From NCBI GenBank assembly GCA_030390025.1, contig CM059433.1, positions 14,076,001-14,140,000 of the forward strand: DNA of 64,000 nt, read 5' to 3'. The position numbers and the translations under genes were made by a program. This document shows positions 1 to 12,288 of the stretch, piece after piece. Origin of the DNA: Squalus acanthias. Lineage: Eukaryota. The notes under the pieces were generated by a model that saw only the letters and a program-made list of their open reading frames with translations, ran no database searches and had not been told where the DNA came from. Every line of letters begins with the position of its first letter. The first letter of the stretch is position 1.

Positions 1-22
1 AGCTTGTGGCAATTATAACAAT

Positions 23-320
23 GGGCTGGATATTGCGGGGAGTGTAACGGTGAGGCTAACAGCGCTCACCATTATAACGGAGTAAATCGGACGCCAATTT
101 CCGGCGTCCACACATGCGCAGTTAAAGGCGGAAATCCAGAAGTTGCTGTCGGAGATACCCCACTCCCCCACGGGGTTCGCTGTAACGGTCCTGCTCACAG
201 ACACTGCAGATGCCTGGCAGAGGTCGCTGTAAAGCCTGCAAAAACTTTGTGGGTAGCTGTCAGCGAGGTGAATGCGAGGCGACCGCCGTTCCTTCGCCAC
301 TGACCGCAAAAATCCGGGCC
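23..320. mobile_element. Non-autonomous Harbinger-type MITE
   Basis: Imperfect TIRs GGGCTGGATATTGCGG / CCGCAAAAATCCGGGCC; flanks AAT/ATT; CpG-rich against an AT-rich background. Confidence 0.6.
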
Positions 321-694
321 ATTTATTCGTCTGGAAACTTTTGCGGGGGTTCTTTGATGGGAAGCCAGCGGAATCGCAGAGAAGCAGTGTAAATGGCTAA
401 AAATGGCTGTTTACTTCATTTTTCTGGGATTTCTGTCAATCTCGCACAGAAGTTACAGAGCTGATTAACTCAACTTTCCCTTTTATTAATATGATATCGC
501 TGCACAATTCTGATCTTCTGCATTTATTAATTTTTTGATTTATGCCAATTGATTACATTGAACAGAAGCACGATTATACTACCAACCTTTCCCGCTCTCC
601 AAACTATTTTAAAAGTCTTCCCTATCTTTGGATTACAGTTCCTCGCCCTAAGTTGATAAGCCTCTGAGGGCTAGGTTTTCCTCCATGTTAGACT

Positions 695-708
695 GTTGCC
701 ATGGCAAC
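695..708. promoter_or_regulatory. Perfect palindromic RFX X-box-like motif
   Basis: GTTGCCATGGCAAC, a 14-bp palindrome matching the RFX consensus; function untested. Confidence 0.3.
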
Positions 709-1777
709 CAACAAAGGAAAATCAGGAGGTGATGCCCAATGAGCTCTGCCCCAAAATACATACATAGAGCTATTTTCATTGAGCCCGCTGCGGGCAGCTA
801 TTGATGCCCATTGCATCCTTACCCTGCCGCATGCAAATGACGGTGGACGGGCAGAGTTTTCTGTCGGCCTTTGGCAACCAAAAATGCGTAGCTGCAGACC
901 ACAATGGCTCTGGAATCTGGAGCAACCTGCAGGTGTACTTTTACAGTACAACTTACAATATGTAATTTTGAGAGCTATTTTAAAGAATACTTAAGAATTA
1001 AAAAAATGTTTTATGTATATTTAAGTTTTAAAAAGAAAATTATGTTAAGATTTTAAGTATTTTAAAAAGTTTCTTGAAGTATTTTAAAAGTACATTTCCA
1101 AAGTATTTATAAGTTCTTATAAAATTGGTTTTAAGCTTTAAGATTGCAGACTGTAAGTACCAGTAGCGTCTTTCTTAGTCCTTTCTCCTTTCCTCTACTT
1201 TGAGGAGGAGGCTCCGGAAGACTGCAGGAGAGATGCCAGGTTGAACAGGCACCATAGTTGGACTCTGACCCCAGCCTGCTGGGACCCATGCCTCCCTGTG
1301 GCAGATCGGGCGGGGCTACTGCACCATGACCCCTCGGCAATGCTTCAGAAGGCGGCACCTCCTTTACAAAGCAATAACTGAGTTGTGCCAGCTGCCAGAC
1401 AGCTACAGGCCCAACTTGTAAGGGAGATCTTCAGTTGACTAAGCCCTGGCAAATGAGTCCTGCCATCACGATCCCTGATGCAAGAAAACTACTAGGCACT
1501 TGGTCTAAGCGTTAAACAAAGCTTTAATCAACTGTTTTACAATATGGAGATCTAGTTGTCCTTCACTAGTTCTTGTTAAAGAATGTCCTGAACAAGCTGG
1601 GCCCATGCCCGAGTATTTATACTCTCCCTGGACAGCGCCACCAGCAGGCCACCCAATATTATGTCATAAGTCATGAATGACAAGATTCATGTCAATCCCT
1701 TTGGCAACAAACCCAACTCATTCACTTGCTGACATGTAGCTCTCCTCTAAAACTCTAACAAGGCTCCCGTTTGGAGA

Positions 1778-2192
1778 TCATAGAATGATACAGCACAGAA
1801 GGAGGCCTTTCCGCCCATCGCGCCTGTGCCGGCTCTTTGGTAGAGCTATCCAATTAGTCACACTGACCTGCTTTTTCCCCATAGCACTGTTAATTTTTCC
1901 CCTCAAGTATTTATCTCTTTTGAATGTTACTACTGAATCTGTTTCCATCACCCTTTCAGGAAATGTATTCCAGTTCACAACAACTCGCTGAGTAAAAAAG
2001 TGTTTCCTCATGTCGCCTCATGAAGGAAGAACAGAATCACCTTAAATCTGTGTCCTCTGGTTACCGACCCTTCTGCCACTGGAAACAGTTTATCCTTATT
2101 TACTCAACCAAATCCGTTCATGATTTTGAACACCTCTATCAAATCTCCTCTTAACCTTCTATGCTCTAAGGAGAACAACCCCAGCTTCTCCA
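1778..2192 (-). mobile_element. CR1 LINE 3' fragment
   Basis: ORF2 C-terminal motif MRKHFFTQRVV..WN; TTCTATGA-type tail. Confidence 0.85.
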
Positions 2193-3550
2193 GAATATCC
2201 TAGCCAATCCTACTGCCTCCTTCTTTGCTGCTACATTGGCCGCATCCTCTTCCCTAGTGAAGACAGATACAAAGTATTCATTTAGTACCTCAGCCATGGC
2301 CTCTGCCTCTACAAGAAAATCTCCTTTTTGATCCTTAATCCGCCCCACTCTTTCTTTGACTGCCCTTTTACTATTTATGCGTTTATAAAAGATTTTTGGG
2401 TTCCCTTTTATGTTAGCTGCTAATCTATTCTCATACTCTCTGTTTGTTCCTCTTATTCCCTTTTTTAGATCTCCTCTGTACTTTCTATATTCAGCTTGTT
2501 TCTCTAGTGTATTATGAACCTTACATTTGTCATAAGCCTCGCTTTTCTGTCTAATTTTAACCTCTATATCTTCAGTTATCCAGAGAGCTCTAGCTTTGGA
2601 TGTCCTTCCTTTCTCCCTATGGGATCGTGTCTACTCTGTACCTGAACCATAGAAACATAGAAGATAGGAGGAGGAGTAGGCCTATTCTGCCCCTCGAGCC
2701 TGCTCCGCCATTCAATGCGATCATGGCTGATCATCCAAATTCAGAACCCTGTCCCTGCTTTCTCCCCATATCCCTTGATCCCTTTAGCCTTAAGAAATAT
2801 ATCCAACTCCTTCTTGAATATATTTAATAAATTTGCCTCAACTGCCTTCTGTGGTAGAGAATTCCACAGGTTCACCACTCTCTGGGTGAAGAAATTCCTC
2901 CTCATTTCTGTCCTAAATGGCTTACCCCTTATCCTTAGACTGCGACCCCTGGTTCTGGACTCCCCGACTATCGGGAACATCCTTCCTGCATCTAGTCTGT
3001 CCAGTCCTGTCAGAATTTTATAAGTTTCAATGAGATCCCCTCTCATTCTTCTAAACTCCAGCGAGTATAAGCCCAATCGACCCAATCTCTCCTCATACGT
3101 CATTCCTGCCATCCCAGGTATCAGCCTGGTGAATCTTCGCTGAACTCCTTCCATGGCAAGAACCTCCTTCCTCAGATAAGGCGACCAAAACTGCACACAC
3201 TACTCAAGATGTGGTCTCACCAAGGCCCTGTACAACTGCAGCAAGACATCCTTGCTCCTGTACTCAAACCCTCTCGCTACGAAGGCCAACATACCATTTG
3301 CCTTCTTAACCGCCTGCTGCACCTGCATGCTTACCTTCAGCGACTGGTGCACAAGGACTCCTAGGTCTCGTTGCACTTCCCCATCTCTTTGAAGGCCTCA
3401 CATTGTTCAATTACTGTTTTTCCCCACCAATTTCTGATTCTAATCCACCTGGGCCAGATCCCTTTTCAACTCACTGAAGTTAGCTCTCCTCCAGTTAAGT
3501 ATTTTTCTGTTTGATTGTACCTTTGTCCTTTTCCATAACGATTCTAAACC
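2193..3550 (-). mobile_element. Older CR1 ORF2 internal fragment, interrupted by a younger CR1 at 2648-3388
   Basis: AEVLNEYFVSVFTREE motif (2166-2348); CR1-like sequence resumes after 3388. Confidence 0.7.
2648..3388 (-). mobile_element. CR1 LINE 3' fragment (nested)
   Basis: ORF 2741-3196 QFWSPYLRK...RRNFFTQRVVNLWNSLP; (TTTCTATG)n tail. Confidence 0.92.
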
Positions 3551-4085
3551 TGATCGTTCTGTTATTCCTTCAAACCGGCATTCCCCCACTAACCATTCTT
3601 CACATATCCTCAGAAAAACATGTCACTGAAACCTACTCTGACAATCTTGCTGCAGTTGCTTGAGACCACCGTGCCTCATCTTGGTGCTTGCTATTGTGTG
3701 CACTTTCAAACCTCGCCTCCCACCTTGCTACCGCGGCAAGTGGTTACAAATTGGCTGGCTGATGATTTGCAGCAGGAACTTTGGAGAAATTGAGGTGGTA
3801 CTTCCCTGTCTTTGGTTGTGGGCTGTACCCTCTTCAAGAAGGAAGTAGAAAAAGTGAAGGTGCTCTGCATGCCACCCACCATATGGAATTCAACCCAGGT
3901 TTCAGAAGTCACATCTTGATTGGGATGTGAACAGGTGCTATCATGTGAGTCTTCCATTGTTTCCCAACATGTTCAGCTGTGAGTAATGGAACACAGGAAA
4001 ATGAAAGGGGCGTGAAGGATATTGTAGTACCTCTTGCATGTAGGTGGTAAGTTGCAGATGATGTTTGACGCAGTGAAGGCAACGT

Positions 4086-4155
4086 CATAGAGTCATAACG
4101 GCACAGAAGGAGGCCATTCGGCCCATCGAGTCTGTGCTGGCTCTCTGTAGAGCAA
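4086..4155 (-). mobile_element. CR1 3' UTR/tail fragment
   Basis: GCACAGAAGGAGGCCATTCGGCCCATC tail motif. Confidence 0.7.
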
Positions 4156-5696
4156 TCCAGTCAGTCTCATTCCTTCGCCTACCATCGGGTATTTTACAAT
4201 ACCCTGTTGCAGGGTCTGACTACCTCCTCTTACGCTGGCTGTTCTGGAGAGGTCAATGCACTTCTTTCAGTACTGAGTTCCCATTCGGGGATTGTTGGAG
4301 GTGGTGCACACTGCCAAGGCCACCTCTTTGCACAGGCCTGGATTGTGGGCTTTTAGTGAGTGAGCAGATCCCCTCTCAGTACTGCTCTCTATTCTATCCC
4401 CAGCTCAGATTCCCCCCATGACCTCACAACCCTTTTTCTATCTACGTTATCCCCATCGATCTCTCAGTCTCTTTCCCTCTATCTCTGTAAAATTCAATGC
4501 TATTCTTTCTGATACTCTACCATTAGCTTGCTTTGTCCTGTCCTGTGTCTCGACTATTCTTCTGACTGTCTGTTTTCTTTTTTTATCCTGTAAGTTAAAG
4601 ATTCTGATGTAGTTGATATAATATAATCTTTGAACATTCCCGTTTGTCCAAATAAATAGTCATATGTATTTCCTTAATTGCCATTGTAGGGAACGTCACC
4701 ATGAAGACCATGGTTTAAGCTGCTTCACTCACTGTTAGGGCACTGGTTGTCTGGCTCCGTGATACTATCATTCTACCTGATGCAATTCACCACGGTTATT
4801 ATTGAATTACACTATCATCAGTAATAAACTTTTTTCATTAAAGCTGGGCATTTTAATAAGAATTTATATGAGATTTTAAAAGTACAGCCTGGCTGGAATA
4901 AGGAAGGGCCAGTCTCTCTTTTAATAGCAAATTGCCCATAATTCTAATCCACTCAAGCTTTCCTTAAATCTCTATAACTGTTATTTATTCCCACGACATC
5001 TTTAACTGACAGCAACGATATCAAAATCTAATCAAGATTGGAAGATTGGATAATTTCAGCTATCTCTAATATTGGATAGATCTTATTAAACCTGGGAGAG
5101 ACGAAGGTGAAATATATTAAAAAGTGTAACGTGTACTTTTCAGAACTAAGCCTCCATGCCTGCACTGTACTTTAAAGCGATTTCCATCCTTAAAAAAGCT
5201 CCTCCATGCCCGCCTTCTTTGGAGATATATGTGGGGCCCGGTGTGGTAGGAGTTCCCACAGTGTTTATGTGCCACATACAGAAACTCAGGCCGAGGCCAC
5301 CATTCATTTGACTCACTTTTGTTTCCTGTTATTTTACGTCTGAAGTTGGGAAACAGGCTCAGTACTGCCGAAAGCTATCCGAAGGCACGGTCCATAATGT
5401 GCAGGTAGCACGGAGTTCTTCCCAAGCCGTGTCAGTTGGATCAGTCGGCCCCCACCCTGATTTCAGTCCTGTCAAGCTGACCAGAGGTGCCATGTATTGT
5501 GATAGTTTTTCATGCATTGAAACTGAGACCTCGATATTAACCACCCTCTCCACGACGGGTGAGAAGAGGGTCGGGGGGAGTGGGCGAGGGTGAGGGTAAA
5601 AAAAGGAAGGAATGGGGAACATGTCCCCAATCCACCGTATTTATGGCAGTATGTCTTGTGGCGTCAGAGAGTTCTGCCCTGGATATCGGGGCCTGA

Positions 5697-6421
5697 GGGC
5701 TGGATTTTCATTGACACGTGGAGGCGGGTTTGGAGGCGTGTGGGGGGTTAAAATTGCGAAAACTGGCGGGCGGGCACAAGTCCGCCTCCATCCCGCCTCC
5801 AAGCAATTTTCATTAAATTGTGTCTGCTGGTCCCGACTCTGTCCCGCCTTTAAGAGGCGGGATAGGCTGTTAAGGCCCTTAACAAGCATTAAATTGGCTC
5901 TATAATGCCATTTTGAAAGGCCTTTGTGATTTAACCCTTGATCTATGTGAAGCACGCCTGTTCTGAACCACGATTGTGAAACCTGACGGGAGCACATTTG
6001 GATAGCTGACTATCAGCTGCAGGTCCACTATTACAACGGAGATGTGATGAAGGTAGTAGTAGTATTAGGTCTGAAAGTCGCCTCTGATGCTGCTGCATTG
6101 AAGGTCGTCAGAGACTGCCTGGCCTTTGCTGTGAGAGGACCTGGATGCAAAAAAATCTCTCTCTCTCTCTCTCTCCATCCAGGTCCTCTCACAGCAACAG
6201 CCAGGCAGTCTCTGACCTGCAATGCAGTAGCAATGATGACATCATCAGAGGCGACTTTCAGACTGAAACCACTAATTGGTTCATGGGTTCCCACATGCCG
6301 GAACTCAATTGCCCAATTAGGTGAAAATTGCATCAATCTCCCACATCCAATTGCAGTCGAGTGGATAACACGAAAAGCGGATGACACGACCCCAACCCGC
6401 CCCAGTATCAAAATCCAGCCC
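5697..6421. mobile_element. Harbinger-type MITE, family B copy 1
   Basis: TIRs GGGCTGGATTTT / AAAATCCAGCCC; flanks TGA/TTA; homologous to 59760-60437. Confidence 0.85.
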
Positions 6422-6548
6422 TTAGTGATTGAGGGACAGCTCTGCTGACCAGAGCAAGCGGATATTTTACCGGCGGGAGGGTGGGGGGTGGGGGGACTGA
6501 TTTTGTAGCGCAGATGTAAATCAAGTGGTGACTAGATCCAAAGACAGA

Positions 6549-7291
6549 GGCCCCGATATTTACGGGGAGGCGGGGAGGGTGTGGGGGAGGCCAAGAACAG
6601 CCGAGAAACCCGGCAATACCAGGGATGGGGAGATCCTGCCGAACTTAACGGCAGGACCTCATTAGCAGTTTTTTTCTTTCGTTTTCCCACCCGGCTTCCG
6701 ACCAAATTGATAGCCTGGCAGGCCGGCGGGCCGGGAAAACCAACGGCAGGAGACCATTGGGGACAGTCCCTGGCAATCGGAAGGGGGGATGTTTGGCAAT
6801 CAAGGCTTGGGGAGAATGAGGCCATCGGTGCTGGGGGGGGTGGGTGTGGGGTGGAGGGTGGTGGGCAATCGCGACAGGAGGGAGAGAGAGGTCGCGATCG
6901 CTCGGGTGGGGGGGGGGGGGGGGAGGCCGCAGGCTTGCTTGGGCTCTGGGGGGAGAACTCCTGCTCCTCCTGGCCCACAAGAAGTGCAGGAAAAGGCACT
7001 AACCTTGTGGAGCCGGCTGCTCCCACCTCCCTTTCACTGCCAGGTTTCCCGACCTCTGGAAAACCCGTGGGGCTTCTGTAAAATTTAAATTGAGCCCCCA
7101 CTTGCATTGTGGGAGCCCAATTTAAATATGTTAATGAAGTGTCATACCTCTTCACAAAGCGGGACACTCAGATGCTATGAAGCGGCAATGGACGTGTATG
7201 CAGCGGGTTGGGGTCACGTTCTCTGTTTTTTTTCACTTTTAGCAGCCCCCCTACCCTCTCCCACCCATCGTGGGGGGTTAATAGCGAGGCC
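6549..7291. mobile_element. Harbinger-type MITE, GC-rich
   Basis: TIRs GGCCCCGATATTTAC / GTTAATAGCGAGGCC; flanks AGA/TGA. Confidence 0.75.
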
Positions 7292-7315
7292 TGAATGTCC
7301 ACATTTTACCTTAGC

Positions 7316-7966
7316 TGTCAGCCGTGGCTCAGTGGCACTTTTGCCTCTGAGTCAGAAGGTTGTGGTTTCAAGCTCTACCCCAGTCACTTGAGCACATAAT
7401 CCAGGCTGACACATCAGTGCCGTACCAAGGGAGTGCTGCACTGTCAAAGGTGCCGTCTTTCATAGAAACATAGAAAAATAGGAGCAGGAGTAGGCCATTC
7501 GGTCCTTCGAGCCTGCTCCGCCATTCAATATGATCATGGCTGATCCTCTATCTCAATACCATATTCCCGCTCTCTCCCCATACCCCTTGATGCCTTTTGT
7601 GTCTAGAAATCTATCTGTCTCCTTCTTAAATATATTCAGTGACATATAAATATATTTCAGATGAAATATTAAACCTTGTCTGCCCTCTCTGGTGGATGTA
7701 AAATATCCCACGGCGCTATTCAACGAAGAGCAGGGGAGTTCTCCCAGTGTCCTGACCAACATTTATCCCACACCGAGCATCATTAAAAAAACGGAATAGC
7801 TGGTCAATTTATCTCGTTCCTGTTTGTAAATTGTATGTAAATTGGCTGGCATGTTTCTCTACAATACAACAGTGACTACACTTCAAAACTTAATGTATTG
7901 GCTGTGAAGTACTTGGGAACGTGCTGAGCTCAGGAAGGCATTATATAATTGCAAATTCTTTCTTTA
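7316..7966 (+). mobile_element. tRNA-derived Deu-domain SINE (SacSINE1-like), interrupted by CR1
   Basis: tRNA-like head TGTCAGCCGTGGCTCAGTGG; body homologous to 29339-29793, 42141-42614 and 63155-63635; (TTTC)n tail. Confidence 0.8.
7461..7643 (-). mobile_element. CR1 3' end nested in SINE
   Basis: LNIFKKETDRFL..KGIKGYG; CATAGAAA tail. Confidence 0.85.
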
Positions 7967-8334
7967 CTTTGCCATGTAGACTGCTCTTAACTCATTGTTA
8001 GGGTTCATTTAAAAAAAAATATTCTTTGATAAATAGATAACTTAAAAAAAAATGTAAATACTTGTGCATCTCCGATAGCTTTGCTTGCAGATACCAAGGG
8101 CAATGGCTGTATCGCGAGTGGGTGGAGGGTGCAAACTGGGGCCAAAATTCACTGGCGTTTTTCTCCTCATAAATCAGATTTAAACATGGTAGAGGCAATA
8201 AAGACTCAGCATACTGGCCCCACACTAGAAGCTGTTGCAGCTCACGCCAGCCATGCAAATAGAACGCTATTGCTACAAGGAATGGCTGTTGATCCCAACA
8301 ATGTAAGGTAAAAAAAAAACAAATGGGGGCAGGA

Positions 8335-8690
8335 ACTGGAAGTTTTTAAAATGATGACGGTTTTAATAGAGTGAATAGGGAAAGACTATTTCCACTGGTT
8401 GGGGAGTCAGTGACATGGGGGTCATCAAATTAAACGTATCACGGAGAGAGGTTGTGAGAAATTTCTTTATACGGAGGGATTTTGGAGCATGCAATGTTTT
8501 GTTACAGGGTTGCACCTTCGCATCTTTTCAAGGAAAATTGGATAGATATTTGAAGCAGATGAAGACACAAAGCTATGAGGACAGAGAGGGACAGTGAGAT
8601 CCGCTTTGGATTACCCTAGTAAAGAGCTGGCATAGATACGATGGACTTCTGTGCTGCAACCTTCTATGCTTCTTTGCTTCTATGCTCTAG
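8335..8690 (+). mobile_element. Old CR1 3' fragment
   Basis: Degenerate RNFF...GKLDRYLK; TTCTATG tail. Confidence 0.7.
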
Positions 8691-9093
8691 CAGATATTGT
8701 TACCTCGTGTTTATTAAAAAATAACTTACAACACTCTGCTTGCAGGGTACCAGGAGATAAAGCACATGAAGTAGCAATGGCTACAATGCTTCTACTGACT
8801 GGGTATTTCTAGAGATCGAGCCTAATTTTATGCGACACATAACCAATGTGTAAACCGAGCGATCGCACCATGCCAAAGCGACAGAGCTTATCCATTAATA
8901 ACGAGCCTTTAAAAAGGATGGGGTCAATATAATGGGCCCAGTGCCCATCAGAAATAGCTCAGGGAAATGTTACATAGTGACCATGTAACATGGTAGACTG
9001 ACACCTTGTTAGAAATGTCCACTCAGGCCAGATTCACAGAAGACATTAGGGGTGAAATTTGGTCTTTGGCATCTCCCATTTCGTGCTTTCACT

Positions 9094-9352
9094 TAAGAAC
9101 ATAAGAATTAGGAGCAGGAGTTGGCCATACAGCCCCTCGAGCCTACTCCACATTTCAACAAGATCATGGCTGATCTTCTACCTCAACTCCACTTTCCTGA
9201 CCGATCTCCATATCCCTTGATTCTCCTAGAGTCCAAAAATCTATCGATCTCAGCCTTGAATATACTCAACGATTCAGCATCCACAGCACTTTGGGGTAGA
9301 GAATCCCAAAGATTCACAACCCTCTGAGTGAAGAAATTCCTCCTCATCTCCA
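9094..9352 (-). mobile_element. CR1 3' fragment
   Basis: EMRRNFFTQRVVNLWDSLP motif; CATAAGAA tail. Confidence 0.88.
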
Positions 9353-9424
9353 ATTTCATTCGCATTCTGTCTGGCCTGGGCGCCAACGTTATAACCCAGT
9401 GAGTGTCACACATGTGGCAGCAGT

Positions 9425-9620
9425 ATGAGGTTAGACAGTTCCAATTCCTCTGTACCATCCCAGACGAGCAGGCTGGTGGAAAGGTTTAATGGCATCCTGA
9501 AACACATGCTGCATTGGTGTTTGTTGAACAGAACCCCAATGACTTATTTGCATTTAACAGAGGTGCTTCAAGAATCAACCAGTTTTTCGCCATTTCTACT
9601 ACTATGTGGATGTGGGATCA
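9425..9620 (+). pseudogene. Ty3/Gypsy integrase relic
   Basis: SQTSRLVERFNGILKHML...EVLQESTSFSPFLLLCG resembles the Gypsy integrase motifs PQTNGLVERFNxTLK and REVPQESTGFSPFELLYG. Confidence 0.7.
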
Positions 9621-10175
9621 TGGTAGAGAATGAGAGAAAATGTAACTGGCATTTCCCTTTCCTCGGGGACCACTACTGGATGCTCTTGCCCTACTGCATG
9701 TAAATTGTAATGGGGGTGTGGCCCCAGTGAATTTCCCTGCCAGTTCTGAGATGCACCCTTGGAGTGGGATGGCCTTATAGCAGGTTTCTCTCCCTCTATT
9801 CTACCACAGCACTTACCTGCTGAAGGCCCTGGTCTTAGTCAAGACCATCACTGGTTGGATCTTTGGGCACATTTGCCCTTTTAAGGGTACTCCCTGCTCT
9901 TCTGATACTGGAGCAGCGTTTGTGCTGCAGCATTGTTGGGATTTTCTGCATTCGATCTGATGGGCTCCCACTTGGCATTAGGAATCCCACCAGGAGCTTC
10001 CAGACATCAAGAACCTTGACCCGGAAAATCGATCGGGATTGGAGCAGATGCAGGGAGATGGATGGAACTCTCACCCTGCTTGAACACTGCCCTTAAGAGA
10101 AATCCACACCCCCTCCACACCCCGAAATCTCACATCTAATTGGTGTTTGCCATGATTCAAAGTGCTTGGATCATA

Positions 10176-11019
10176 GGGATGATTTTGCCAATGGGGGCGC
10201 GTTGGAGGCGGGACTGCTGCTTGTCGGGTTTAGTCCCGCCTCCATCGACTTGTGGCCAACCCACTCTATATTCCTTGATTGACCTTGTTAAGCCCACCCA
10301 GCAGGCTTAGCAGGCCAATTAAGGGGAAGCCGGTTACAGAGAACATCAGCGTATGACCTTTCATCTGTCAAAAATTTTTGACAGATGAATTGTCATCGTT
10401 TGACAGCTCTGTGAAGCTGTCAAACACTGACATTCTCTGTTGTTCGATGAGTCTTTGTATTCAAGACTCATCAAACCTATCTGCTGAGCAGAAATCAGAT
10501 GACTGCTGCATCGGAGAATGCAGCAACCATTCTGTCATCTCTGCCGGTGAGATGCCGGAGTCTCCGGTTCCCCAACGGTTGAAGCCTGCAGGAAGAAACA
10601 AAGGTAAGTAAACATTTTCTATCACTTTTCACTCACCTCACACACTTACCTCTCCACACTTGCACCCATCACTCACCTCCACAGTGCACTTTTCGGCCCC
10701 TCCGACCCCCACAGACCCACTACTCGCCCCGGCGACCCTAGCGGGGTTTCCCAACGTTGGGAAGCCCGCACCTCTGGTGGAAAAATGGGGATATTCCTCC
10801 TAACTGCCTGTTAACTACCTGTTAACAGGCAGTTAAGTGGCTGTAATCCCCTTCCCGCCTCGAGGAGACGGGACCCGGTGCGGGTCGGGTACCCGCCTCC
10901 CGGGAAGATGGCACGGTGGCGGGTTGGGGGCGGGATGGGTACCCGCCCCCAGATTCTGCCATTTTCCCGGCAGTCCCGCCTCCAAACCCGCCTCCCCAGG
11001 GGCTGGCAAAATCACCCCC
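10176..11019 (+). mobile_element. Harbinger-type MITE, family A copy 1 (~845 bp)
   Basis: TIRs GGGATGATTTTGCCA / TGGCAAAATCACCCCC; TSD ATA; four copies in the window. Confidence 0.9.
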
Positions 11020-12288
11020 ATAGAATCTAATAACAACAACCTAGAAACGAGATGTAGTTGATTAAGTACAGCTTGTGAAGAAGCGGGAGGATTTAGTTAT
11101 CTAGACTCAAAAAAGCAGTATTAATGCTGTTCTGCCAAACTTTGCAGCTTCCAGGCAGTTTGTCATCTGAAGGTGTGCTGCTCTGCATTGTTACCCCGCA
11201 GAGATCTTGGAATGATGCCTATTAGCCCCACCACTGTGCTGCTGTAACAAAAGAACCGCAGTTTTGAGCCCTCGGGTTTTATATTGTTGGCAAGGCTGAT
11301 GTTTTCAGTGGCTCATCCTGAACATCACTGAAACTCAATTGCTGCAGCTGCATCCCCCCCTTACTACAGCCCAACAGTCTCCGGTGACTGTCCAAAACAA
11401 TTCTAGGCAGGCTGGGAGCTATACAACTCAGTTGGTGGTTCCTATAGATTGGCCTGTACTTAACACTGCAAAGCGGATCTGTGTCGTTGACTAGATATAC
11501 AGTTTGTGCCTTGCAGCATTCAGTTTTCTTATCATTTTTTAAAGATTAATGAGAAGAAAATTATGTTATTGTAAAGTTATATTTAAACAGCTGCATTTAT
11601 GGCATTCAAGAGCTTCCAGCAGTTTTTTTTTCTAATTTGGGGTACAGGAGCTTCTTGTTTTCCTGAGAAACCTGCCCATGGAATAATCTTTACCACACAA
11701 TTAGGGATTGGCAAATCTCCAAAACCTTTCGTGTAAGAATGGGAGATTACTTGACAAGCTTGTCATTGCATGTCCTTCCTTGTCAACACAAACTGGGATG
11801 GAAAGGGAAGGGAAATTAGAGAGCATTCAAGGCCTGTGGTAGCTCACAGTTAGTTACACCTGTGAACCTACTGGATAGCAGTCCCCTGCTGATCTCAGAT
11901 AGCATCTTGAAACCCTATAGAGAATTCTTAAGATGCATTCATGCAAAGTCTTTATCATCGTTATGAAGTGGTTCCTCTTTCAAGGTATCTCTAAAGATGG
12001 TGCATAAACAAGGTCACTGACAGATCGAGTTGATCTCCAGACCCGGCTTGAGCATGGCTAGGAGGAAAGATATTTGATACAATTTAACATCATTCCCCAA
12101 TTGGTTGTCCTTCTTGGAATAATGTTAAATATATCTTAAATGGTTCAAAGTTAATTAAACTGTTGCTGTGCACACATTATGAAATCACCATACAAACGTC
12201 ATGACATCTGGACATCATAAGAACATAAGAAATAGGAGCAGGAGTAGGCCATTTGGCCCCTCGAGCTGATCATGGCTGATCTTCTACC

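Noticed and set aside
1477..1700. Possible solo LTR (minus-strand TATAAATA and ATTAAA)
   Set aside because: Boundaries and TSD could not be defined.
6532..7167. 211-aa Pro-rich ORF
   Set aside because: Artefact of GC-rich low-complexity MITE sequence.
10378..10611. 77-aa ORF repeated at 54580-54813
   Set aside because: Lies inside family A MITEs, so the similarity reflects copy homology; non-ATG start and no recognisable domain.
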